Assembly: GCA_017461745.1 (NCBI GenBank)
Contig: JAFTXE010000018.1
Span: forward strand, 564-64,563
Length of the DNA: 64,000 nt
Source of the DNA: Clostridia bacterium
GTDB taxonomy: Bacteria; Bacillota; Clostridia; Oscillospirales; CAG-272
Reading direction: 5' to 3'
How positions within the stretch are numbered: the first letter of the stretch is position 1; each line of letters opens with the position of its first letter. A program made the translations under genes and the position numbers. This document shows, one piece after another, positions 47,199 through 54,417 of the stretch. A model generated the notes under the pieces. The model saw only the letters and a list, made by a program, of their open reading frames with translations, was not told the origin of the DNA and did not search any database.

Positions 47199-47367
47199 GA
47201 TGATTTGCAATCTTCGATTGCATGAATTGATGCTTTCGCGTCATGATTTGAAGGCTTTCGCCTTCATGAATTGAATTGCCCCATAATGCACCGCAGGTGC
47301 AATTCATGGCGATAGCCAATTCATGACAACGAAATTGTCAAATCATGCCCGCAAGGGCAATTCATTG
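47199..47367. repeat. phased array of eight CATGAWTTG 9-mers (4 forward, 4 reverse) separated by mini-hairpins
   Basis: Forward copies at 47199, 47221, 47242, 47265; reverse copies at 47300, 47317, 47339, 47358; spacers are self-complementary (e.g. GAAGGC-TTTC-GCCTTC, CCC-GCAA-GGG). Confidence 0.65.
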
Positions 47368-47381
47368 CAAATAATCTGCGA

Positions 47382-47472
47382 TTATTTGCTTGCTTCCTCA
47401 ATAGCAACTGCAACCGCAACGGTCATACCAACCATGGGGTTGTTACCTGCTCCAATGAGTCCCATCATCTCT
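47382..47472 (-). pseudogene. displaced 91-bp 3' end of the GGGtGRT gene (copy c3, attL-like)
   Basis: Encodes EMMGLIGAGNNPMVGMTVAVAVAIEEASK*, identical in protein to the intact end at 53400..53490; about a dozen nucleotide differences, all synonymous. Confidence 0.8.
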
Positions 47473-47565
47473 TTGTAAATTCAACTGAAGCGTTTCAAAA
47501 CGCTTGTAAATCAAGGGGTTAGACACATAGCTCCTTCAGGAAAACTAGTCACATCATCGACAGCT

Positions 47566-47593
47566 ATTATAACAGGAAATAGCAACCTGTCAA
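47566..47593 (-). promoter_or_regulatory. outward-facing promoter TTGACA-16-TATAAT near the left end of the element
   Basis: Reverse complement of 47566..47593 = TTGACAGGTTGCTATTTCCTGTTATAAT, reading toward 47472. Confidence 0.4.
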
Positions 47594-47773
47594 GTGGTTC
47601 TTGAGAAATTGTTGTAGGTGTTGTAAGTGCTTCGACAAAACTATTTTCTCTTTACTTTTTCATGAGAGTGTGCCGATTTTATTCTAATTAAATTTTTACT
47701 TAATTTTTGGAGCGCGGATTTGAGCGTGGCAGAGCATAAAAATAGTGGCTTTGTTAGTTTTTTCTTGAATCTA

Positions 47774-47802
47774 TTGATTTTCGGTCATTATTGTGGTATA
47801 AT
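47774..47802 (+). promoter_or_regulatory. promoter TTGATT-17-TATAAT for the collagen-like lipoprotein gene
   Basis: -35 at 47774..47779, -10 at 47797..47802; about 270-nt leader follows. Confidence 0.5.
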
Positions 47803-47808
47803 ATAAGG

Positions 47809-47984
47809 GCCAAATCAATCGAATAAATGCGTTATCAGTGTATATTTCTCTTTAGGGGAACTATACTCTTTTTGGCGTGCTTACATAGTAGAATTTGATA
47901 AAAATGCAAATTCCGACTATGTGAGCATGTATACACTGTTTCGCATTAGATTGGTTTGGCGACTATTCGGAGTTTGCGTTTTTT
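47809..47984 (+). promoter_or_regulatory. structured 5' leader / candidate invertible segment (copy L2)
   Basis: Inverted repeats 47826..47844 and 47930..47947, hairpin block A 47891..47918, 17-mer block B 47967..47983 identical to 23084..23100 (rc). Confidence 0.55.
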
Positions 47985-48014
47985 GTGCGCTTGCTTCGGT
48001 AGGCGCACTTTTTT
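47985..48014 (+). terminator. intrinsic terminator inside the leader
   Basis: GTGCGC-TTGCTTCGGTAG-GCGCAC followed by TTTTTT, 67 nt before the ATG. Confidence 0.55.
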
Positions 48015-48081
48015 GTTTTTTGACAAAAAAAGCAAAAAATTACGACTTATATTATTGAGGGGAAAAAAGGAGGAATTTGCA

Positions 48082-50529
48082 ATGCTGAACTTCAAAAAGG
48101 TCATTTCACTATGTCTGTGTCTTGTGATGCTTGTGGGTGTTCTTGCGTCTTGTGACGAGGGCACGCAAGGGATACAGGGTGAGCAAGGTATTCAAGGAGA
48201 ACAAGGAATACATGGCGAGCAGGGTGTTCAAGGCGAACAGGGGGAAAAAGGAGACAAGGGCGACAAAGGTGACAAAGGTGATGACGGTGTAAGTCCGACT
48301 TTAGCAATCAGTGATGACGGCTATTGGGTAATCAATGGCACAAAGACTAATTTCAAAGCAACGGGTACGGACGGGCAGAACGGCACGGACGGTGTAACGC
48401 CATCAATCACAATCAATGCTGATGGTTATTGGGTTATCAATAATGTCGTATCTGAATATAAGGCGGTCGGCAAGGACGGTGTAGACGGAAGCACTCCAAC
48501 GGTCGAGATTAGTAACGATGGCTATTGGGTACTTAACGGAACAAAGACTGCTCATAAGGTCATCGGTCAGAATGGATTGGATGGCGAAGACGGAAAAGAT
48601 GGAGCAGACGGAAAAACGCCCGCTCTGCGCATCAATTCTGAAACAAATGAGTGGGAAGTCTCTTATGACGATGGAGAAAATTGGACTTCACTCGGTGTAA
48701 AAGCGACAGGAGCGAACGGCTCTGACGGCAAAGACGGTCAAAATGGTACAAACGGAAAAGATGGCAAAGACGGTGCTGATGGTATAACGCCGGCACTGCG
48801 CATCAATGCTGATAATGAATGGGAAGTCTCTTACGACAATGGAACTACTTGGGCGTCTCTTGGTGTAAAGGCTACGGGTGCTAATGGTAACGATGGTGCT
48901 GATGGCGAAGACGGTCAAGATGGTCAAGACGGCGCAAACGGCGTAGATGGCATATCTCCGAAAATACGCATCAATGCGGAAAATTATTGGGAGGTATCTT
49001 ACGATAATGGAACAACTTGGGCATCTCTCGGCGTGAAAGCGACTGGCGCAGATGGTCAAGATGGAACAAATGGTACGAACGGCACGAATGGTACAAACGG
49101 AAAAGATGGTGAGGACGGTGCTGACGGTATAACCCCGAAACTGCGCATCAATTCTGAAAATAATGAATGGGAAGTCTCTTACGATAACGGCGAGAATTGG
49201 ATTTCTCTCGGCGTGAAAGCGACGGGCGCTGACGGTCAAGATGGAGCGAATGGTTCTAATGGAACAAACGGAACGAATGGTACGAATGGAGTTAACGGAA
49301 AGACTCCTCGGTTAAGAATCAATTCTGAAAGCAACGAGTGGGAAGTTTCTTATGACGATGGAGAGCATTGGACTTCTCTCGGAGTAAAAGCGACAGGCGC
49401 TGACGGTCAAGATGGAGCGAATGGTTCTAACGGAATAAACGGAACGAATGGCGACGACGGCGCAACGATTGCATCTATCGTATTCAACGAAGAGGGCAAG
49501 TTGGTTATTACGATGACTGACGGCACAGAGTTCATCGTTGATATGCCTGAGAAAGAAGAGCATGTACACAGTTATAGCGAATTGATTGATTATAGTAATG
49601 ATGCAAGTCTATCTTGTACGGAGAGAATGTACTATCAGTTTTGTGCGAGTTGTAGTGAGATAAGGTGGTGCTTGGGTAAGCATAATTTTTCTGAAGGATA
49701 TTATAGCGATGGAACTCATCATTGGTTCGATTGCTATAACTGTGACGAAAAACTTGGCTTTGAAGAGCATACATATAATTTTTACGGTTTTTGCACATGC
49801 GAATCTGACATGGGGCCATCAGACAGTGTTATTTATGGAGTTTCTGAAGATGGCTCGCATGCAGTGGTTACAGGCTATACGGGTTCAGATGCTAAAGTAG
49901 TTATTGCTTCTCAATACGGAGATTTGCAAGTACTTGAAATTGCAGAGAGAGCGTTTGAGAATACTGATGTTGAGACGGTAATTATTTCTGGAAGCATCAT
50001 GTACATTGGTGAATATGCTTTCGCTGACTGTTCAAATCTCTCTAGAGTTTCAACGATGGAAGGTGTTGCGTTTATAGACAGATATGCTTTTGCTAATTGT
50101 ATCAGTCTCAAAACTATAGACATAGCTAATGTCGATGCAATCAATGCATGCGCTTTTTCGGGATGTAGTGCTTTGGATGGTGTTACACTTTCAGAGGATA
50201 TGGAATTTATAACAGGTGGTCTCTTTGAAAATTGCAGTAGTCTTACGAACATCACGATTCCGAGCAATGTGACACTTATTGGAAACGACGCTTTTAGTGG
50301 ATGCAGTAGTCTTAGATGTGTTGAACTTTCTAACAATCTTAAAAGCATTGGTGGAAGTGCTTTTAGTGGTTGTACAAGCTTGGGAAATATTACACTTCCA
50401 GATAGTATAGAAAGTATTGGAGAAAATGCATTTGAAAGTTGTTTGGGGTTAACAAGTATTGTACTTCCACAAAATATCACTGACATCTGCTATATTATCA
50501 TGAACATATCGTTGAATATGGCAAAGTAG
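48082..50529 (+). CDS. surface lipoprotein: collagen-like G-X-Y repeats + modular repeats + Cys-rich region + BspA-type leucine-rich repeats; C-terminus apparently truncated
   Basis: 815 aa from MLNFKK (AAGGAGG RBS; lipobox LASC); 43 G-X-Y triplets at 48160..48288; LRR units like VTLIGNDAFSGCSSL; ends abruptly after ITDI. Confidence 0.75.
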   Translation: MLNFKKVISLCLCLVMLVGVLASCDEGTQGIQGEQGIQGEQGIHGEQGVQGEQGEKGDKGDKGDKGDDGVSPTLAISDDGYWVINGTKTNFKATGTDGQNGTDGVTPSITINADGYWVINNVVSEYKAVGKDGVDGSTPTVEISNDGYWVLNGTKTAHKVIGQNGLDGEDGKDGADGKTPALRINSETNEWEVSYDDGENWTSLGVKATGANGSDGKDGQNGTNGKDGKDGADGITPALRINADNEWEVSYDNGTTWASLGVKATGANGNDGADGEDGQDGQDGANGVDGISPKIRINAENYWEVSYDNGTTWASLGVKATGADGQDGTNGTNGTNGTNGKDGEDGADGITPKLRINSENNEWEVSYDNGENWISLGVKATGADGQDGANGSNGTNGTNGTNGVNGKTPRLRINSESNEWEVSYDDGEHWTSLGVKATGADGQDGANGSNGINGTNGDDGATIASIVFNEEGKLVITMTDGTEFIVDMPEKEEHVHSYSELIDYSNDASLSCTERMYYQFCASCSEIRWCLGKHNFSEGYYSDGTHHWFDCYNCDEKLGFEEHTYNFYGFCTCESDMGPSDSVIYGVSEDGSHAVVTGYTGSDAKVVIASQYGDLQVLEIAERAFENTDVETVIISGSIMYIGEYAFADCSNLSRVSTMEGVAFIDRYAFANCISLKTIDIANVDAINACAFSGCSALDGVTLSEDMEFITGGLFENCSSLTNITIPSNVTLIGNDAFSGCSSLRCVELSNNLKSIGGSAFSGCTSLGNITLPDSIESIGENAFESCLGLTSIVLPQNITDICYIIMNISLNMAK
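48616..49465 (+). repeat. five tandem coding repeats of about 165-180 bp
   Basis: Units TP(A/K/R)LRIN..NEWEVSYD(D/N)G..W.SLGVKATGA(N/D)G + variable G-X-Y run. Confidence 0.75.
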
Positions 50530-50709
50530 AGGGTATATACTATCAAGAGTAGATTTATATTGGCGCCCTAACACTTTACATACATCATTGGGTAGCCATA
50601 CACTACACTGATTTTTAGCGAATTCTAACTTTGCTTCACTTGGAAGATATTCACTAGTAAAGTTTGATTCATCTGCATCTAAGATATTTAATAACCAATT
50701 CTTATACAT
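50449..50709 (-). CDS. hypothetical 86-aa protein, possibly a truncated Bro-N/antirepressor-like fragment
   Basis: AGGAG RBS 7 nt before the ATG; WLPNDVCKVLG resembles the Bro-N motif; the last 80 bp overlap the convergent LRR gene. Confidence 0.35.
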   Translation of the reverse strand: MYKNWLLNILDADESNFTSEYLPSEAKLEFAKNQCSVWLPNDVCKVLGRQYKSTLDSIYPLLCHIQRYVHDNIADVSDILWKYNTC

Positions 50710-50732
50710 TACTACACTCCTACAAACAATCA

Positions 50733-50832
50733 TCTCTATTAGTGTAAAAACTCATATATAAGCATATTATAACACACACATAATGAAATGTCAAACAGAA
50801 TATAATAGTCTCTCTATTAGTGTAAAAACTCA
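50733..50832 (-). promoter_or_regulatory. consensus minus-strand promoter bracketed by two 22-bp direct repeats
   Basis: TCTCTATTAGTGTAAAAACTCA at 50733..50754 and 50811..50832; between them the reverse complement reads TTGACA(50794..50789)-17-TATAAT(50771..50766). Confidence 0.55.
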
Positions 50833-50884
50833 CCATCCAAAAAAACATAAAGCAGACGAGAATTCCCGTCTGCTCAACTAATAT

Positions 50885-51445
50885 TCAAACACCATATTCT
50901 CTGACCCACCTATAAAAAGTCGTAGATGTAATACCGAACGCTTTCTGTATGCTCACTGCCGTTCGCTCATTATCACGCCACTCTTTACAGAGCCTTACAA
51001 ATTTGCTCTTATCAATATCCATACGCTTTCTGCCCTTATAGACACCGTTTGCCTTGGCGATAGCAATACCCTCCGACTGACGCTGAAGAAGACCTTCTCT
51101 CTCCATCTGCGCAAGAGCCGCGAAAATTGTGAGCATGAACTCGCCTTGCGGAGTTGCTGTGTCGATAGACTCCTTCAGACTAACGAACTTCACACTCTTA
51201 TTCTGCAGCTCATCTGTGATAGCGAGCAAGTCACGAGTGTTACGAGCAATTCTGCTGAAGCTCTCACAGATGACTGTATCGCCCTCTCTGACGAACGCCA
51301 ACATCTTTTGCAGTTCCACTCTGTCTGCGTTCTTACCGCTCGCCTTATCCATAAAGATTCTGTCAGCACAATGTTCCTTTGCCATAGCGACCTGTCTTGC
51401 CTCGTTTTGCTCAAGCGTCGAGCATCTGATGTAGAATACCTTCAT
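50885..51445 (-). CDS. small serine recombinase (resolvase/invertase family)
   Basis: 186 aa from MKVFYIRCSTLEQ; catalytic Ser region, C-terminal HTH GITSTTFYRWV. Confidence 0.85.
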   Translation of the reverse strand: MKVFYIRCSTLEQNEARQVAMAKEHCADRIFMDKASGKNADRVELQKMLAFVREGDTVICESFSRIARNTRDLLAITDELQNKSVKFVSLKESIDTATPQGEFMLTIFAALAQMEREGLLQRQSEGIAIAKANGVYKGRKRMDIDKSKFVRLCKEWRDNERTAVSIQKAFGITSTTFYRWVREYGV

Positions 51446-51652
51446 TTTCAAATTCCTTTCTGAAGTGTTATTTTAGAGTGGCTGTTTTTCATGTTGCGTA
51501 ACTTAATTCGATATAGAACCCTAATGTTGCAATTTGCGAGTATCACTTTGAAGTATAGTCTAAAGTGATATAAAATCGTTTGCGAAAAATTGTATATATA
51601 AATAGAGAAATATAGCAATCTCAAATCATATAACCTCAAAGGAGAAGAAACA

Positions 51653-51853
51653 GTGAAATATAACAGATACGATTATCCGATGTTGCTGAAGAAGAAGCAC
51701 ATCAAAGATATCGGGATTTCGGAAGGCTTTTATTACAAATTAGTCAAGACCCATCAACTGCCTACCCTCAAACTGAACAACAGAACCTACATCAACCGAG
51801 ATGCGTTCTTTGATTTGCTTGAACAGAGGACCACCGTTGTAGAAACAGAGTAA
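51653..51853 (+). CDS. small HTH DNA-binding protein (excisionase/MerR-like)
   Basis: 66 aa, GTG after AAAGGAG; LLKKKHIKDIGISEGFYYKLVKTHQLPTLKLNNRTYI pattern. Confidence 0.55.
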   Translation: MKYNRYDYPMLLKKKHIKDIGISEGFYYKLVKTHQLPTLKLNNRTYINRDAFFDLLEQRTTVVETE

Positions 51854-52035
51854 TGAAAACATCTACCCTTATCTGTAATATGAATGGCGACCCTCACCTT
51901 GTTGTTATTACTTGCTCTTCAGAAAAAGATTATATCAAGTGCAGAGGGAAGAAAAAACCTCGTGAGACAAACAACATTCATATAAAACTTGTAAATTTAA
52001 GGAGCCAAAACAATGAAAATAAAAAATCTAACTGA
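51853..52035 (+). CDS. hypothetical small protein
   Basis: 60 aa; start overlaps the previous stop (TAATG). Confidence 0.3.
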   Translation: MKTSTLICNMNGDPHLVVITCSSEKDYIKCRGKKKPRETNNIHIKLVNLRSQNNENKKSN

Positions 52036-52321
52036 AACACCCACTCCCATGCACTTCTCATTGCTTCATCAAGAAAGTAGCATGTCAGAGACAGTATACG
52101 ACGATGACATATCCAACATAGAAGATGCCTTTAACATCCCGATTCCAGCCGATACAACCGAGCCGTGTGCTTTGTTTATCGTATCCGACATTGGAATCTT
52201 TGCAGTAGAGAACATGACCTTGAAAGATGTAATACTGCTCATTCGCAAAAACAACTTCAAAGAAACCTCTGTTGAGATGATACCGCAGGAGTTGGTTGAG
52301 AAACTGACTGTGCGAAAATGA
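52013..52321 (+). CDS. hypothetical protein
   Basis: 102 aa; AAGGAG RBS. Confidence 0.4.
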   Translation: MKIKNLTETPTPMHFSLLHQESSMSETVYDDDISNIEDAFNIPIPADTTEPCALFIVSDIGIFAVENMTLKDVILLIRKNNFKETSVEMIPQELVEKLTVRK

Positions 52322-53260
52322 TTACCTCATCTTAATACTCAACCTTCCCGAAAACTTATCCAAGAGATTGAGTTCATTGACTTGCTTTGCCACATCACTG
52401 ACGAGAAGGTTGAGATAATTCTGCGTAATATCGAGACTGCTATGACCAAGCATTTTAGAGAGGGAAACCACATTGCCACCGCTTAACACCCATTGTTTAG
52501 CGAAAGTGTGTCTGTATCTGTGTATGCCCGTCCTCTCAACACCGCGACGCTTATTATACTCGTACAGCATATGATAACAGGTGCTCTTGACGAGTTGCTG
52601 ACCGTACGCATTGCAGAACAGATAGTCGTCCGTGTTCTTATGCTTACGATATTTCAAAAACTCTTTCAGTACATTTGCCATTGTTTGATTGACGGGCACG
52701 ATGAGCGGTTTTCTATTCTTTGTAACATTGACATAGACCACATTGTTATCGAAATCCACATCCTTGACCTTGATGTTCATAAGACTGCGCTGCCTAACAC
52801 CCGTACTGAAGAGAAAAGTCGTAATCACCCACGCTTGATACTCCGTAAAATTGCACTGCTTGATGTTGGGCTTTTTCAACAGTGCTCTTAATTCGTCCTC
52901 TGTGTAAGTCTCGATGCCGCTTTTATCTACTTTAATTGCTTGCATCTTGAACCGCTCAAGATAGCCCTCGTCCATGAGAAAGTGAAGCGTTGTTATCAAG
53001 TCGCGCAAGTAAGAATTGATACTGACATCATTGTGCAGTATCTTTTTCAGATGCAGAACATAACTCTTGTAAGCGTCCGCATCCATATATTCAATCGGCA
53101 TATCGGGGTCAAAGAATTTATAGAACTGCGTGTAACTCTGTTTGTAGTGATTGATAGTACCTTCTCTCAAATTGCGCTGTCTGCAATTGTCGAGATATTT
53201 GTTACAGCCGTCCTCAAAAGTAAACGCATCACTCGCATCCATTTTCAATCTTTTCATCAT
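52322..53260 (-). CDS. tyrosine-type site-specific integrase
   Basis: About 312 aa from an ATG after GAGGTG (the ORF opens at TTG 53272); TGVRQRSL (Arg), HRYRHTF (H-x-x-R), LGHSSLDITQNYL (His...Tyr). Confidence 0.85.
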   Translation of the reverse strand: MMKRLKMDASDAFTFEDGCNKYLDNCRQRNLREGTINHYKQSYTQFYKFFDPDMPIEYMDADAYKSYVLHLKKILHNDVSINSYLRDLITTLHFLMDEGYLERFKMQAIKVDKSGIETYTEDELRALLKKPNIKQCNFTEYQAWVITTFLFSTGVRQRSLMNIKVKDVDFDNNVVYVNVTKNRKPLIVPVNQTMANVLKEFLKYRKHKNTDDYLFCNAYGQQLVKSTCYHMLYEYNKRRGVERTGIHRYRHTFAKQWVLSGGNVVSLSKMLGHSSLDITQNYLNLLVSDVAKQVNELNLLDKFSGRLSIKMR

Positions 53261-53282
53261 TTCACCTCGCAAAAATCAGTAT

Positions 53283-53336
53283 AAAAAAACTAGACACATC
53301 ATGACGGTTTTACCCGAAATGATGTGTCTAACTTTT
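53283..53336. terminator. bidirectional terminator hairpin, copy c4 (functional terminator of the intact GGGtGRT gene)
   Basis: A7-C-TAGACACATCAT...ATGATGTGTCTA-ACTTTT. Confidence 0.65.
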
Positions 53337-53399
53337 ATTTACTTGATTTTACAAGTTTCAGTCGCTACAAGAGTTTGAAAAAGTCTTGTGGCGTCTGAC

Positions 53400-54398
53400 T
53401 TACTTGCTTGCCTCTTCAATCGCAACCGCTACAGCAACAGTCATACCAACCATGGGGTTGTTACCTGCGCCGATAAGTCCCATCATCTCTACGTGTGCGG
53501 GAACGGAGGAAGAGCCTGCGAACTGAGCGTCGCCGTGCATACGACCCATGGTGTCGGTCATACCGTAGGAAGCGGGACCTGCTGCCATGTTGTCGGGGTG
53601 GAGCGTACGACCCGTACCGCCGCCCGATGCAACAGAGAAGTACTTAACGCCGTTCTCGTTACACCACTTCTTGTACGTTCCTGCAACGGGGTGCTGGAAT
53701 CTGGTGGGGTTGGTGGAGTTACCCGTAATGGAAACGCCAACGTTCTCAAGGCGCATGATAGCAACACCCTCGGGAACGCTGTCAGAGCCGTAGCACTTAA
53801 CCTTTGCTCTGTCGCCGTTTGAGTAAGCGGTCTCCTTAACTACGCTGACTTCCTCAGTGTAGGGGTCAAACTGTGTCTGAACGTAAGTAAAGCCGTTGAT
53901 TCTGGAAATGATCATAGCGGCGTCCTTGCCAAGACCGTTGAGTATTACTCGGAGGGGCTTAACTCTTACCTTGTTTGCGTTAAGAGCGATCTTAATAGCT
54001 CCCTCTGCTGCTGCGAAGGACTCGTGACCTGCAAGGAAGCAGAAGCACTCAGTCTCCTCAGAGAGAAGCATAGAGCCGAGGTTTCCGTGTCCGAGACCAA
54101 CCTTACGGTTCTCAGCAACGGAGCCCGGGATACAGAAAGCCTGAAGTCCGATACCGATAGCGGCAGCGGCGTCAGCAGCCTTGGTGCAGCCCTTCTTTAT
54201 TGCGATAGCAGCGCCTACGGTGTAAGCCCACTTAGCGTTTTCAAATGCGATAGGCTGAGTTTCCTCAACTATCTTATAGGGGTCGATACCCTTAGCGGCG
54301 CAGATTTCCTTGCACTCATCGATAGAGGAAATTCCGTATTCCTTAAGTACGCCGAGGATCTTCGCCTCGCGTCTTTCATAACCTTCAAAATGTGCCAT
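53400..54398 (-). CDS. GGGtGRT-family protein (conserved, function unknown)
   Basis: 332 aa; contains the eponymous SGGGTGRTLHP motif; family name recalled from public annotations. Confidence 0.8.
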   Translation of the reverse strand: MAHFEGYERREAKILGVLKEYGISSIDECKEICAAKGIDPYKIVEETQPIAFENAKWAYTVGAAIAIKKGCTKAADAAAAIGIGLQAFCIPGSVAENRKVGLGHGNLGSMLLSEETECFCFLAGHESFAAAEGAIKIALNANKVRVKPLRVILNGLGKDAAMIISRINGFTYVQTQFDPYTEEVSVVKETAYSNGDRAKVKCYGSDSVPEGVAIMRLENVGVSITGNSTNPTRFQHPVAGTYKKWCNENGVKYFSVASGGGTGRTLHPDNMAAGPASYGMTDTMGRMHGDAQFAGSSSVPAHVEMMGLIGAGNNPMVGMTVAVAVAIEEASK

Positions 54399-54417
54399 TC
54401 TTCTGTTCCTCCTTCAA

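Larger units (their letters stand above)
47382..53490 (-). mobile_element. integrated element in the 3' end of the GGGtGRT gene (island segment A)
   Basis: 91-bp direct repeats at both ends with a 29-bp identical core; tyrosine integrase adjacent to the target gene, Xis-like HTH, serine recombinase, AT-rich cargo. Confidence 0.65.

Noticed and set aside
47956-48081. 42-codon N-terminal extension of the lipoprotein ORF given in the ORF track
   Set aside because: The extension has no RBS and runs through the leader terminator. The internal ATG at 48082 has an AAGGAGG RBS and starts a canonical lipoprotein signal peptide.
50455-50755. Gin/Hin-style invertible C-terminal cassette (shufflon) for the LRR protein
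   Set aside because: No inverted copy of the 22-bp repeat, nor any hix/gix-like site, is seen at the 50475 junction. The opposite-strand ORF is not LRR-like, so I treat the junction as a truncation scar.
53388-53822. 144-aa plus-strand ORF, and its look-alikes 43716..43931 and 43751..43960
   Set aside because: These are antisense to the GGGtGRT coding sequence and its remnant. Their recurrence is due to the repeated gene end, not to a gene family.
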